From assembly GCF_039654945.1 (NCBI RefSeq), contig NW_027361684.1:65162001-65226000 (forward strand): DNA of 64,000 nucleotides. Reading direction: 5' to 3'. The DNA comes from Dendrobates tinctorius. Its lineage: Eukaryota. Shown here piece after piece: positions 1 through 11,250 of the stretch. Both the position numbers and the translations under genes were made by a program. Numbering within the stretch: position 1 is the stretch's first letter; every line of letters starts with the position of its first letter. Under the pieces are notes generated by a model. It saw only the letters and a program-made list of their open reading frames with translations. It did no database searches and had not been told where the DNA came from.

Positions 1-109
1 TTCTAAGTGCTAATCATTTGCGTTGTTGTTTGGATCACATACATTCTGAATTTAGTCAAGGGAGAGAGAGTTGCAGGAGCAGAGACAGTGGCAGAATACA
101 GTCTGTATA

Positions 110-2830
110 GCTGCAGCATTTTTTGTGTGAAAAATTGAATATATTATGTGATCCATCTAGTATTACGTGCTTTGTGGTGCATTTTGGTTTTATATAGCAC
201 TCCAAAAGAGTGTTCCATTTTTTCTCTGGATTAAATTGCTCACCCATAGAGTATTCTGTGCTCTGGGGTACATTTTTTGTGATATCAAACACTCCAAAAA
301 TCCAAAAAAGCATTAAAATTTTTTGCTAGGTTAAATTTCTCTCCCTTACTGTATTCTGTTGTCTGGGGAACATTACTGTAATATATCACTCCAAAAAAGT
401 GTTAAATTTCTCAGCCATACAGTATTCTGCGGTGTGGGGTACATTTATGTGATATCTAACACTTCCAAAAAGCATTTAAAATTTTTTCAGGTTAAGTTAC
501 TTATGTCATGATCACGTGTGTCTGGACGCAGAGTTTCCGCAAGGCGAACCCATGTGACACACGTGACCCTGGATACACCGCCTCCAGTGGGGCGAATTTA
601 AATAATAACACGTGCAGGTGGATACACCGCCTCCACCTGGCGAATTTAGGTATTACACGTTATACATACAATAATCAAATAATAACGGGGGAACCTGGGA
701 AACTTTAACAATGGTGGGCCCTGCGATAGGGAATGGGGACATGGAGACCACCTAAGCTCCCCTGAGCCAGTGTCCCTGCACTCCTTACTTTCCCTAAACA
801 GGCTCCACACCTGTCGCCGCACGCGTACCTTAACGCCCTTGCTCACCCTGACCCTAAACCCTCACTAGGGAATGGGTCGGTGCGGAGACTAATCCCACCA
901 CTGCACTAATAACACACATGAGGAAATAGACAATACAGGGGAAACACCACTTAGCTTTGCTCTGTTGCGTGCGCTCCTAGCATCTTCTCCTCCACCCGGA
1001 TCCATCACCATAACAGGATCCTTCACCTTAGTGCAACCTTGGAGCAGAGTCCAACACCAGTTGCAGCTGCTTAGAACCAGAGTCCCAAGGATGAGTTCAG
1101 CTGCTGACACGAAGTCGAGCATGCTTGAGTCCAGCTCAGCGGCCAAGTCCCACATGGTGAGTGCCACTCTCCATAGTCGCCACTCCACCAGCCCATGCAG
1201 ACACTTCCCGCTGACACCATCACTGCGACTCCACCACGCCATGCCAGCCCTTCGTCCAGACACCATAGCTGAAACACATCCCCCCTGGCTAAGCTGCGCA
1301 GGACTCCTCACCAGCTCCATCCTTCATCCAGGCTCTCCAAAAACAGAGTGAACACACTCTCACAATATCACAGCAAGAAATATCACCAGCAGTGAGTGAA
1401 CACCCTGAGCACACCTTTATACGGAGTCCCACCTGATCCATAATTAAGTGAACATTAACCTAAACCTAAGGTGCGATACCTCTAACCACCACCGGGGACA
1501 GTCAAAACACCTTTGAACTCAACCAAAGTAAAAAAAGTTCACTTTGTGCTTTTAACACCGCCAGATCCAACACTGGATCATGACAACTTACTCATACAGT
1601 ATTCCGTGGTCTGGAGTACATTACTCTGATATCTATCACTCAAGAAAAAGAAAATTTATCTGGATTCAATAATTCATCTACAGATAATTACGTGTTCTGG
1701 GGGTACATTTTGGTGGTATGTAACACTCCAAAAAAGCATAAAAAATCTATCTGAATTAAGTTAGTCATTCATAGAGTCTAACATCTTCTTGGGTACATTT
1801 CGGTGATACATACTGTAACCCTTCAAAAAATTGTTAAAAAAATGTATCAGTATTATATTGCTCATCCATAGAGCATTACATGTTCTTGGGTAGATTTCAG
1901 TCTTATATATAACACTACTAAAAAGTAATGAGAAATTTGTCTTGATTCAATTACTTATCAATACAGTTTTACGTGCGTTCTGTTACATTTCGATGTTATA
2001 TAAAGCTAGAAAAAATAAAAGAGTCTTTGATTCAATTACTGATCTATGCAGAATTACATGTTTTCTGTTACATTTAGTAGTCTATCTTTTTTTTCAGTGT
2101 TATATTGCTCATTCATAGAGTGCAATTTATTCTTGGGTGCATTTCGGTGATACATAACCCTCCAAAAAATTGCTCAAAAATGTATCTTTATTATATTGCT
2201 CATCCATAGAGTTTTACATATTCTTGAGCAGATTTTGGTGGTATGTAACCCCCAAAAATTGTTAAAAAATGTATATAGCATGTATATAGCATTACTTGTT
2301 CTTAGGTACATTTCGATGGTATATAACCCTCATAACAAGCTGTCAATTTTTTTTTCGGTCCTATATTGCTCATTCATACAGTATTATGGGTTCTTGGGTA
2401 CATTTCAATGTTATATATAACACTACTAAAAAGTAGTGAGAATTTTGTCTTGATTCAATTACTTATCCCTACAGTTTTACGTGCATTCTATTACATTTCG
2501 ATGTTATATAAAACTAAAAAAAATAAAAAAATTTATTGGTTCAATTACTGATCTATGCAGTATTACATGCTTTCTGTTACATTTCGTTGTTATATAAAAG
2601 CAAAAAACCTTGAAAAAATGTTTAAGGATTCAATGATTCATCCATACACTATTCATCCATTCAACCAATGCAGTTCTTGTTACAGTTTGCTGGTATATTA
2701 AATTCTAAAAAAAAACTTCCAAAAATCTTAATGGATTGAAAGACTCATCCATACACTGTAACGTGGTTCTTGTTACATTTCGCTGGTATATTAAACTCCA
2801 AGAAAAGTTTTCAAAATTTTTTAGGGATTT
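110..2830. repeat. Degenerate AT-rich satellite-like tandem array, roughly 70-100 bp unit, interrupted by a solo LTR
   Basis: Core CATAcAGTATT..GTt.TTGGGTACATTT.GGTG.TATATAACAC.CCAAAAAA recurs near 268, 438, 1616, 1702, 1793, 1889, 1983, 2068, 2138, 2306, 2398, 2491, 2577 and 2773; boundaries approximate. Confidence 0.7.
504..1585 (-). mobile_element. Solo LTR (Gypsy-type)
   Basis: Ends TGTCATGATC...GATCATGACA (10-bp terminal inverted repeat, TG..CA); 5-bp TSD ACTTA at 499-503 and 1586-1590; TATAAA-like box on the minus strand near 1415-1420. Confidence 0.85.
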
Positions 2831-3099
2831 TATGGACAATTTAAAATGCTTTGAGTAAAACTACGGTGGGTTAAAGATTTTAAAAAACACTTGGCCTGGT
2901 GCAGCTCACAAAAATTGTAGTTTCCTTTTTATCGTACGTCTACAGTGATATGAAAATCAATAAAATGTTTTGGTCCCTTAATTTGACATTTTCACAACAA
3001 AATAACAATATAGGCTGTCATCAAATTTATGTACAATAGACAAAATTGTGATATTTACACTTTTTTATCATTTTTCAGATTTGAATTAGGATAACAAAA

Positions 3100-3178
3100 A
3101 TGGATTTTAGAATTGCCATTCAATTTATTTGCATACTATTTCAGTGTGTTCATTTACATCTGTGCTGCAACCTTTCTG
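3100..3178 (+). CDS. Cytokine receptor alpha-chain-like gene, first coding exon (signal peptide MDFRIAIQFICILFQCVHLHLCCNLS)
   Basis: Acceptor tttttcag at 3071-3078, ATG in AAAATGG context at 3100, hydrophobic peptide, donor G|gtaagt; phase 1 joins exon 2 in frame. Confidence 0.8.
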
Positions 3179-3207
3179 GTAAGTATTATTAGTAAAATTG
3201 CTGTTAA

Positions 3208-3442
3208 AGGGGTTGTCCAGAACTATTTTTTTTCTAATATGGGCCTAAAAACTAACAGTCAGGTAGTTGCTAACAGCGGCGACTCAGCTGCTCCATATCA
3301 ACAGAGAAGCTCTTCGTCTTCCTGGCTGCTCTGTCAATGGGGTGTGACTGCTGACATCATACAGTTAGGCAGCAGGGAGCTGGCTGTTAATCAGTGTCAC
3401 ACTGTAAGGATAGCCGTCAACAAATATTCATGGATAACCCCC
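3208..3442. mobile_element. TTAA-flanked MITE (T2/Kolobok-type ends)
   Basis: ttaa-AGGGGTTGTCCA ... TGGATAACCCCC-taaa termini. Confidence 0.65.
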
Positions 3443-4194
3443 TAAATTCCTGCTATGCTAACCCAGTGGATCTCTACTGACGAGAATAACAGTCGTGAAA
3501 AAAAATTTGTAGAAATTTAGGTCCATATTATGATACAAAAGATTTTAAATACTAACATTATGGTTATGAAGGGCCCAAAATTCATTTACTTTACATGTTT
3601 TAAAAATACTCCTATTAGAAGTATGGACTCAAGTCTTAAAAGAGTTCCTTGCAGGGTAGGTATTCTGTTAATGATAATACTTGTAGAATTTTTAAAGGGG
3701 TTGTCCATTCAGAGAGTCATAGAGGCTGACTGACTGGATTTAACCACTTCCCGACGACTAACGGTAGATAAATGTCGGCGCTTACTGGGCTTTGTGCAGC
3801 GCCGTCGTTTATCTACTGTCAGCAGTTTTGTGCCCCCCGGGACCCCCACATACCTTACAATGCAGGGATCCCAGCGCACAGTGCTTGCTGGGACCCCCGA
3901 CGTCATCGAGACCTGATTTGTTCAGGTCCTGATGATGTCAGCGTCACAGCAGCCAATGAGAGAGCTCGCTGGGAAAGCTGCTTGTTTCCCGGCGATCTCA
4001 CTCATTGTAACGCCACTTCTCCTCTGATCTCGCACTGACAGGAGATCAGAGGAGAAACAGTGTTACTGTGTGACTAGATCGCTGCCTGGCACAGTGGATT
4101 GCTGCCTGGCACAGCTGCCAGGCAACGATCTTGTAACACAGTTTCGCTGTTTCTCCTCTGATCTCCTGTCAGTGTGAGATCAGAGGAGAAGTGG

Positions 4195-4865
4195 TGTCAC
4201 GGGGTTACCGCGACAGAACAGAGCCAGAGAACCGCAGCGTCTTGTGGCTCCTGCATTGCCACTGAGAAGAAGCACTTCTCCGGCGTATTAAGGGTGTTTG
4301 TTTCTTTCAGCAGGACAGGGGTTAATCGGTCATGTGGAAATCCCTGCTTTCAGCTGTGCTGAGTTAACCACCTCTCTCTCCTATAAAGACTCGGTCCACA
4401 GGCCAGATCTTTGTCTGAGATGGCATTTGCTTCAAGGATCTGGAGAGGGAGAGGAGCTGGTGGTAGGAGTGCTGGAGGAGTTTATTGTGTGATGACTGTG
4501 TGGTTTGTACGCTTGGAGATTCCTCATCCATTCCTGCTTTGTTTTCTTCCCCCATCCTTCACACCCTGGTGTATACCTCTGTTGCTTGTGAGAGTATTAT
4601 TTGTGAGTGGAATTTTCTGTTACCCTTGTCTCGTTCCCCTGTCTGTCGGGTTGGTTTACTTCGGAACATGGTAGCGCCTCTCTTCCCCGGGAGGGGGTGG
4701 GGGTACAGACGCAGGGCTAAGCTAGGAGACAGGGCTAGGGCGGAGGCCCTGGCATCCTCGCCATCTGAGGTATCCCAGGGAACAGGGTGAGTTAGGGTGC
4801 CCCCTAGTGTCAGGGCCAGGAAAGGTGCCCCTGGTCTCAGTTTACTCGCCAGTCCAATCGTGAAA
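4195..4865 (+). repeat. 5' LTR of the Gypsy element
   Basis: TGTCACGGGG...CCAATCGTGAAA, direct repeat of 9118-9778; TATAAA at 4382. Confidence 0.92.
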
Positions 4866-4896
4866 ATATATCAGGCCGAAAACCTTTTTCTGATCC

Positions 4897-5742
4897 ATGA
4901 TGGATCCCATCACAGCGCTGACAGGGAAATTGCAGTAGCTCAGTTTGGAGGTGGCGGATTTACGCACGGTGGTTTCACAGCCCCCTGTTACATCTGGTGT
5001 GGGGATTGCATCATCCAGACAAATCATTGTTGAACCCAAGGTCGCGCTGCCAGACAGGTTCTCTGGTGGGCGGGACAAGTTTGTTGTGGTCCGTGAGGCC
5101 TGCAAACTTTATTTCCGGCTGCGTCCGGTATCCTCCGGTACGGAGGAGCAACAGGTGGGGATTGATCTCGCTCCTGCAGGGGGACCCGCAAGCATGGGCA
5201 TTCTCTCTCCCATCTGACTCACGCTCACTCCAGACAGTAGAGGGTTTCTTTCAGGCTTTGGGCTAGGTGTATGACGACCCTGATCGCGTCTCCTTGGCTG
5301 AGTCATCTCTGCGCCAACTTCAGCAAGGAGACCGTCTAGCTGAGGAATACTGCTCCGAGTTCCGGCGGTGGACCTCCGACACTAGGTGGAATGACCCGGC
5401 CCTCCGTAGTCAGTTCTGTGAGGGTCTCTCTGAGAAGGTAAAAGATGCCTTAGCTCTCTATGGGACTCCTGACTCCCTAGAGGCAGCCATGTCTTTGGCG
5501 ATCCGGGTTGATCGCCGTCTTCGCCAGAGAAAAAAGGAGCCACCTCTGGGGATGGGAGGTCCAAGTTTAAGCGTGGTCTGTACAGATCCCACTGTGGAAC
5601 CCATGCAGGTGGGTGCAGCTTCCCAAACTAGCAAACATACAGTAGTTCGGCGTAAGGGGGGAGTGTGTTTCTGTTGTGGCAAAAGAGGTCATTTTGTTAA
5701 CACATGTCCTATCATTTGTTTAAACAACCGCCGGAAAACTAG
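4897..5742 (+). pseudogene. gag: gag (capsid plus CCHC zinc knuckle), disrupted
   Basis: EPKVALPDRFSG motif, LRQLQQG...AEEYCSEFR major-homology-like region, CFCCGKRGHFVNTC knuckle; early in-frame TAG and a frameshift near 5165. Confidence 0.85.
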
Positions 5743-5853
5743 AGGGCCCGGGTTGCGGGGAGGTTGGTAACTCGGGTGTACTTGTAACCTCGGTGGGAAA
5801 GACGCAGTTTTTTCATTTGTTTAAACAACCGCCGGAAAACTAGAGGGCCTGGG

Positions 5854-8800
5854 TTGCGGGGAGGTTGGCAACTCGGGTGTACTTGTAACCTCGGTGGGAA
5901 AGATGCAGCTATTTTGTACATGGGGGAAAATAAGGTAGACGTATCTGCCTTCTTGGACAGTGGGGCGGGGTTTAATTTGATAGACACCAAGTTCATCCGG
6001 GACCAAGGTCTTGTCCCACATACCTTGTCCAGACCGATACCCATTATAGCCATCGATTCTGGCCCTCTAAGGCAGGGGCATTTCACGCAGGTGGTCCATG
6101 ACTTGCGACTACAGGTGGGAGCCATACATTCTGAGGTGTTAAGCTGTTATGTGCTTGAGGGCCTGCCCTCACCTGTAGTACTGGGACTTCCTTGGCTCGC
6201 CGAGCACAATCCGGTAATTGATTGGCAGACACGGGAGGTGATAAAATGGAGTACTTACTGTCAAGGACACTGCCTGGGTATCCAGTTGGCAAGGGTGTGT
6301 ACTCCGTCCGTGCCCCATTACCTGTCAGACTTCGAGGATGTGTTTTCAGAGCAGAGGAGCCAAGAACTTCCTCATCATCATCCTTATGACTGTTCCATTT
6401 ATCTGGTCCCTGGTGCTAAGCTGCCCAAGAGCAGACTTTATAACATCTCAGGTCCAGAGAGGCAGGCCATGAAGGACTATATTAAGGAAAGCCTGGCTAA
6501 GGGTCATATCAGACCATCCTCTTCTTCCCTTGCTGCAGGTTTTTTTTGTCAAGAAGAAGGATGGGGGGTTATGTCCTTGCCTGGATTTCCGGGAACTGAA
6601 TGCTGTCACTATCCGTGATCCGTATCCGCTACCTCTGATCCCCGACCTTTTTAATCAAATTGTGGGAGCAAAATGGTTCTCTAAGATGGACCTCAGGGGG
6701 GCATACAACCTCATCCGCGTTAAGGAGGGGGATGAGTGGAAGACTGCGTTCAATACGCCAGAGGGGCACTACGAGTGTCTAGTGATGCCTTTTGGATTGA
6801 CGACCGCGCCCGCCGTATTTCAGCACTTTATTAATGACATCTTCAGTCACCTAGTAGGCAGGTTTGTGGTTATTTACCTGAATGATATCCTTGTATATTC
6901 ACCTGACCTTGAATCACACCAGCAACATGTCAGGCAAGTTCTCCACATTCTACGTGACAATAAGTTGTATGTCAAACCGGAGAAGTGTATGTTCTCAGTT
7001 GAAGAGATCCCTTTTCTTGGATATGTATTATCCTCCACCAGTTTTCACATGGATCCAGCGAAGGTCTGGGCGGTATTGGAATGGGATCGTCCTGAGGACT
7101 TGCAGGCCTTACAAAGGTTTTTAGGTTTCGCCAGCTACTACCGAAAATTCATAAAAAACTTTTCGGTAGTAGCCAAACCATTCACTGATATGACCAAAAA
7201 GGGGACAGACTACTCCAAGTGGCCCAGTCCAGCCAGTGAGGCGTTTGACCCATTGAAGAGGTGTTTTGCTTCTGCGCCGATTCTTATTCAGCCTGATGTC
7301 ACTCGGCCTTTTATCGTAGAGGTGGATGCATCCGAGGTGGGAGTGGGGGCTGTTTTGTCGCAGGGTACGTCTCCTGGTAAATGGCAACCATGCGCATACT
7401 TCTCGAAAAAAAACTTTCGCCAGCTGAGAGAAACTATGATATTGGTAATAGAGAACTCTTGGCTATCAAATTGGCATTTGAGGAGTGGCGTCATTTTTTG
7501 GAGGGAGGGGTCACCCTGTGATGGTGATCACTGATCACAAGAATCTGGTTTACTTGGAGTCTTACACCGCGTCAGGCAAGATGGGCGTTATTCTTTACCA
7601 GGTTTAACTTTTTTGTTACTTTTAGGCCGGGGAGCAAAAATGTTAAAGCAGATGCTTTGTCCCGCTGCTTTCCGGGGGGAGGCGATAAGTGCAAACCGGT
7701 ACCTATTCTACAAAAAGGGGTAGTGATGGCATGAATATGCTCTGATCTTGAAAGAGAGGTTGCTGCTGCTCAGGGGGACGCCCCTGCTACCTGTCCTCTG
7801 GGTAAACTGTTTGTGCCACTCAATCTTCATCTAAGAGTCCTCAGTGAACACCATGATACAGTACTGGCTGGACATCCGGGGAATAAGGCCACCGCAGATC
7901 TACTTACTAGGCGTTTTTGGTGGCCAGGTGCTCATAAGGGAGTATGTGGCCGCCTGCAATGTCTGTGCGTGTTCTAAAACTTCACATACGCGACCATCTG
8001 GGGCTCTCCAACCACTGGAGATCCCCAACAGACCTTGGACTCACTTGTCGGTTGATTTTATTACTGACTTACCTGCGTCTGCAGGGAACACTGTAATCTT
8101 GGTGGTGGTAGATAGGTTCAGTAAAATGTCTCATTTTATTGTGCTACCAGCTTTGCCTAATGCCAAAACTCTGGCGCAAGTCTTCATCAGGGAGATAATC
8201 AGACTGCATGGTGTTCCTACCGATATTGTCTCAGATCGGGGGGTGCAGTTTGTCTCCAAATTCTAGAGGGCGTTTTGCAACCGTCTTGGGATCCATTTGT
8301 CACTCTCGTCGGCTTTTCACCCGCAGTCTAACGGGCAGACTGAACGGATTAATCAAAATTTGGAGACATATCTAAGATGTTTTGTGTCTGAGAATCAGGA
8401 GGACTGGGTGACCTACTTACCATTGGCTTAATTTGCAGTTAATAATCACGGTCAAGAATCAACCGGTAAGTCCCCGTTTTTCGGGGCATATGGGTTCCAT
8501 CCACAGTTTAGTTCGTTTAATGGTGATCACCCCTCTGGTTTACCGGAGGAGGAACGGTTTTCTTCTTCCATATCTACCATATGGCAGGGGGTGACTTATA
8601 ATTTGCGAAAGATGGGTTACAAGTATAAGAGTGTGACCGATCGGAGACGTATGGTGGGTCCGGACCTGTGTGTTGGTGACTGGGTGTGGTTGTCCACAAA
8701 GAACATTAAGCTGAAAGTTCCATCTTTGAAATTGGGCCCCAGGTTTATTGGTCCCTATAAAATCTTAGCCGTCATCAACCAGGTAGCATTTCGACTTGCT

Positions 8801-9110
8801 CTGCCACCGACATTCAAAATTCATAATGTTTTTCACCGTTCACTTCTCAAGAAATACGTGACATCGGCTGGACCTTCACCCCTGCCACCTTCTCCTGTTA
8901 TGGTCGGTGGTAATCTGAAGTTCCAGATTGCTAAGATCTTGGACTCTCGATTTGTTCGCCGGTCACTGCAGTACTTGGAGGGGGTATGGTCGTGAGGAGA
9001 GGATGTGGGTTCCAGCTTCTGACGTACATGCGGCTAGACTGGTTCAGGCCTTCCATGTGGCACATCCCGATAAACCAGGCCATGAGGTTCCGGAGGTCCC
9101 TCGTAGAAGG
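5854..9110 (+). pseudogene. pol: pol (protease, RT, RNase H, integrase, chromodomain), disrupted
   Basis: AFLDSGA protease; MDLRGAY/KTAF/MPFGL RT motifs with YLDD mutated to YLND; VDASEVGVGAVL RNase H; VDFITDLP/SDRGVQF/SNGQTER integrase; GPRFIGPY; KILDSR...QYL..W.GY..EERMWV chromodomain; several frameshifts and stops. Confidence 0.92.
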
Positions 9111-9117
9111 GGGGTAC

Positions 9118-9778
9118 CGTCACGGGGTTACCACGACAGAACAGAGCCAGAGAACCGTAGCGTCTTGTGGCTCCTGCATTGCCGCTGAGAAGAACTTCTC
9201 CACCGTATTAAGGGTGTTTGCTTCTTTCAGCAGGACAGGGGTTAATCGGTCATGTGGAAATCCCTGCTTTCAGCTGTGCTTGGTTAACCACTCCTCTCTC
9301 CTATAAAAATTAGGCCAGATCTTTGTCTGAGATAGCATTTGCTTCAAGGATCTGGAGAGAGAGAATGGAGCTGGTGTTAGGAATGCTGGAGGAGTTTATT
9401 GTGCGATGACTGTGTGGTTTGTACTCTTGGAGATTCCTCATCCATTCCTGCTTTGTTTTCTTCCCCATCCTTCACACCCTGGTGTATACCTCTGTTGCTT
9501 GTGAGAGTATTATTTGTGAGTGGAATTTTCTGTTACCCTTGTCTCGTTCCCCTGTCTGTCAGGTTTGTGTACTTCGGTACACGGTAGCGCCTCTCTTCCC
9601 CGGGAGGGGGGAGGGGTACAGACGCAGGGCTTAGCTAGGAGACAGGGCTAGGGCGGATGCCCCGGCATCCTTGCCATCTGAGGTATCCCGGGGAACAGGG
9701 CGAGTTAGGGTGCCCCCTAGTGTCAGGGCCAGGAAAGGTGCCCCTGGTCTCAGTTTACTCGCCAGTCCAATCGTGACA
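9118..9778 (+). repeat. 3' LTR of the Gypsy element
   Basis: CGTCACGGGG...CCAATCGTGACA; differs from the 5' LTR by scattered substitutions and a short deletion after the TATA box. Confidence 0.92.
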
Positions 9779-10032
9779 AGTGGTGTTACTATGTGCCAGG
9801 CAGCGATCTAGTCACACAGTAACGCTGCTTCTCCTCTGATCTCCTGTCAGTGCGAGATCGGAGAAGTGGCGTTACTATGTGCCAGGCAGCGATCTTGTCA
9901 GATAGTAATGCTGCTTCTCGTCTGATCTCCTGTCAGTGTGAGATCAGAGAAGTGGCAGTACTATGAGTCAGATCGCAGGGCAGCGATCTTGTCAGACACA
10001 AAAAAAAAAGTAAAGAAAAAAGCAGGTACGCA

Positions 10033-10260
10033 GGTTAGGGCTAGGGTTAGGGCTAGGGCTAGGGTTAGAGCTAGGGTTAGGGCTAGGGCTAGGGTTAGGG
10101 CTAGGGCTAGGGTTAGGGCTAGGGCTAGGGTTAAGGCTAGGGCTAGGGCTAGCATTAGGGTTCGATTAGGGTTATGGGTGTGTTAGTGTTAGGTTTGTGG
10201 TTAGAGTTATGGTTAGGGTTGGAATTAGGGTTAGGGAAATGTTAGGGTTGGAATTAGAAT
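10033..10260 (+). repeat. Interstitial telomere-like repeat (TTAGGG/CTAGGG)n
   Basis: Run of alternating TTAGGG and CTAGGG hexamers, degenerating towards the 3' side. Confidence 0.9.
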
Positions 10261-10261
10261 T

Positions 10262-11250
10262 GGGGGTTTCCACTGTTTAGGCACATTAGGGGCTCTGCAA
10301 ATGCAACATGACACCTGCAGACCATTCCATCAAAGTCTGCATTCCAGAACATCACTACTTCCTTTCTGAGCCCCACTGTGCATCCAACAGTAGTTTTCTC
10401 CCACATAAGGGGTACTAGCGTACTCAGGACAAACTGGACAACAACTCTTAGCATCAAATTTCTCCTGTTACCCTTGTGAAAATAAAAAATTGGGGGTTGA
10501 AAGATCATTTTTGTGGAAAAAAAAAGATTTTTTATTTTCATGGCTCTACGTTATAAACTTCTGTGAAGCATTTGGGGGGTTCAAAGTGCTCCCCACACAT
10601 CTAGATAAGTTCCTTAAGGGGTCTAGTTTCCAAAATGTGGTCACTTGTGGGGGGTTTCCATTGTTTAGGTACATCAGGGGCTCTCCAAATGCGACATGGC
10701 GTCCGATCTCAATTCCAGCCAATTCTGCATTGAAAAAGTCAAACGGCACTCCTTCCTTTCTGACCTCTGCCGTGTGCCCAAACAGTGGTTTACCCCCACA
10801 TATTGGGTATAGGCGTACTCGGGACAAATTGGACAACAACTTTGGTGGTTTAATTTCTCCTGTTAACCTTGGGAAAATAAAAATTTTGAGGTGAAAATAT
10901 CATTTTTGTGGAAAAAATATGATTTTTTTATTTTCATGGCTCTACGTTGTAAGCTTCTGTGAAGCACTTGGGGGTTCAAAGTGCTCACCACACAGCTAGA
11001 TAAGTTGCTTAAGGGGTCTAGTTTCCAAAATGGGGTCACTTGTGGGGGGTTTCCATTGTTTAGGTACATCAGGGGTTTTCCAAATGCGACATGGCGTCCG
11101 ATCTCAATTCCAGCCAATTCTGCATTGAAAAAGTCAAACGGCACTCATTCCTTTCTGAGCTCTCCATGTGCCCAGACAGTGGTTTAGCCCCACATACCAG
11201 ATATCGGCGTATTCGGAAGAAATTGCACAAAAAATTTAGTGGTTCATTTT
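10262..11250 (+). repeat. ~390-bp tandem units inside the TTAA-flanked element
   Basis: GGGTTTCCA.TGTTTAGG.ACAT.AGGGG anchor at about 10262, 10651 and 11046. Confidence 0.75.

Larger units (their letters stand above)
4195..9778 (+). mobile_element. Full-length Ty3/Gypsy LTR retrotransposon, chromovirus Tf1/sushi-like, disabled
   Basis: Two LTRs, 5-bp TSD AGTGG (4190-4194 and 9779-9783), polypurine tract AGAAGGGGGG before the 3' LTR, domain order gag-PR-RT-RH-IN-chromodomain. Confidence 0.95.

Noticed and set aside
9938-10186. ORFs encoding (VR/AR)n and (LA/LT)n
   Set aside because: By-products of the TTAGGG/CTAGGG tract; the + strand ORF starts at GTG and there is no exon or promoter context
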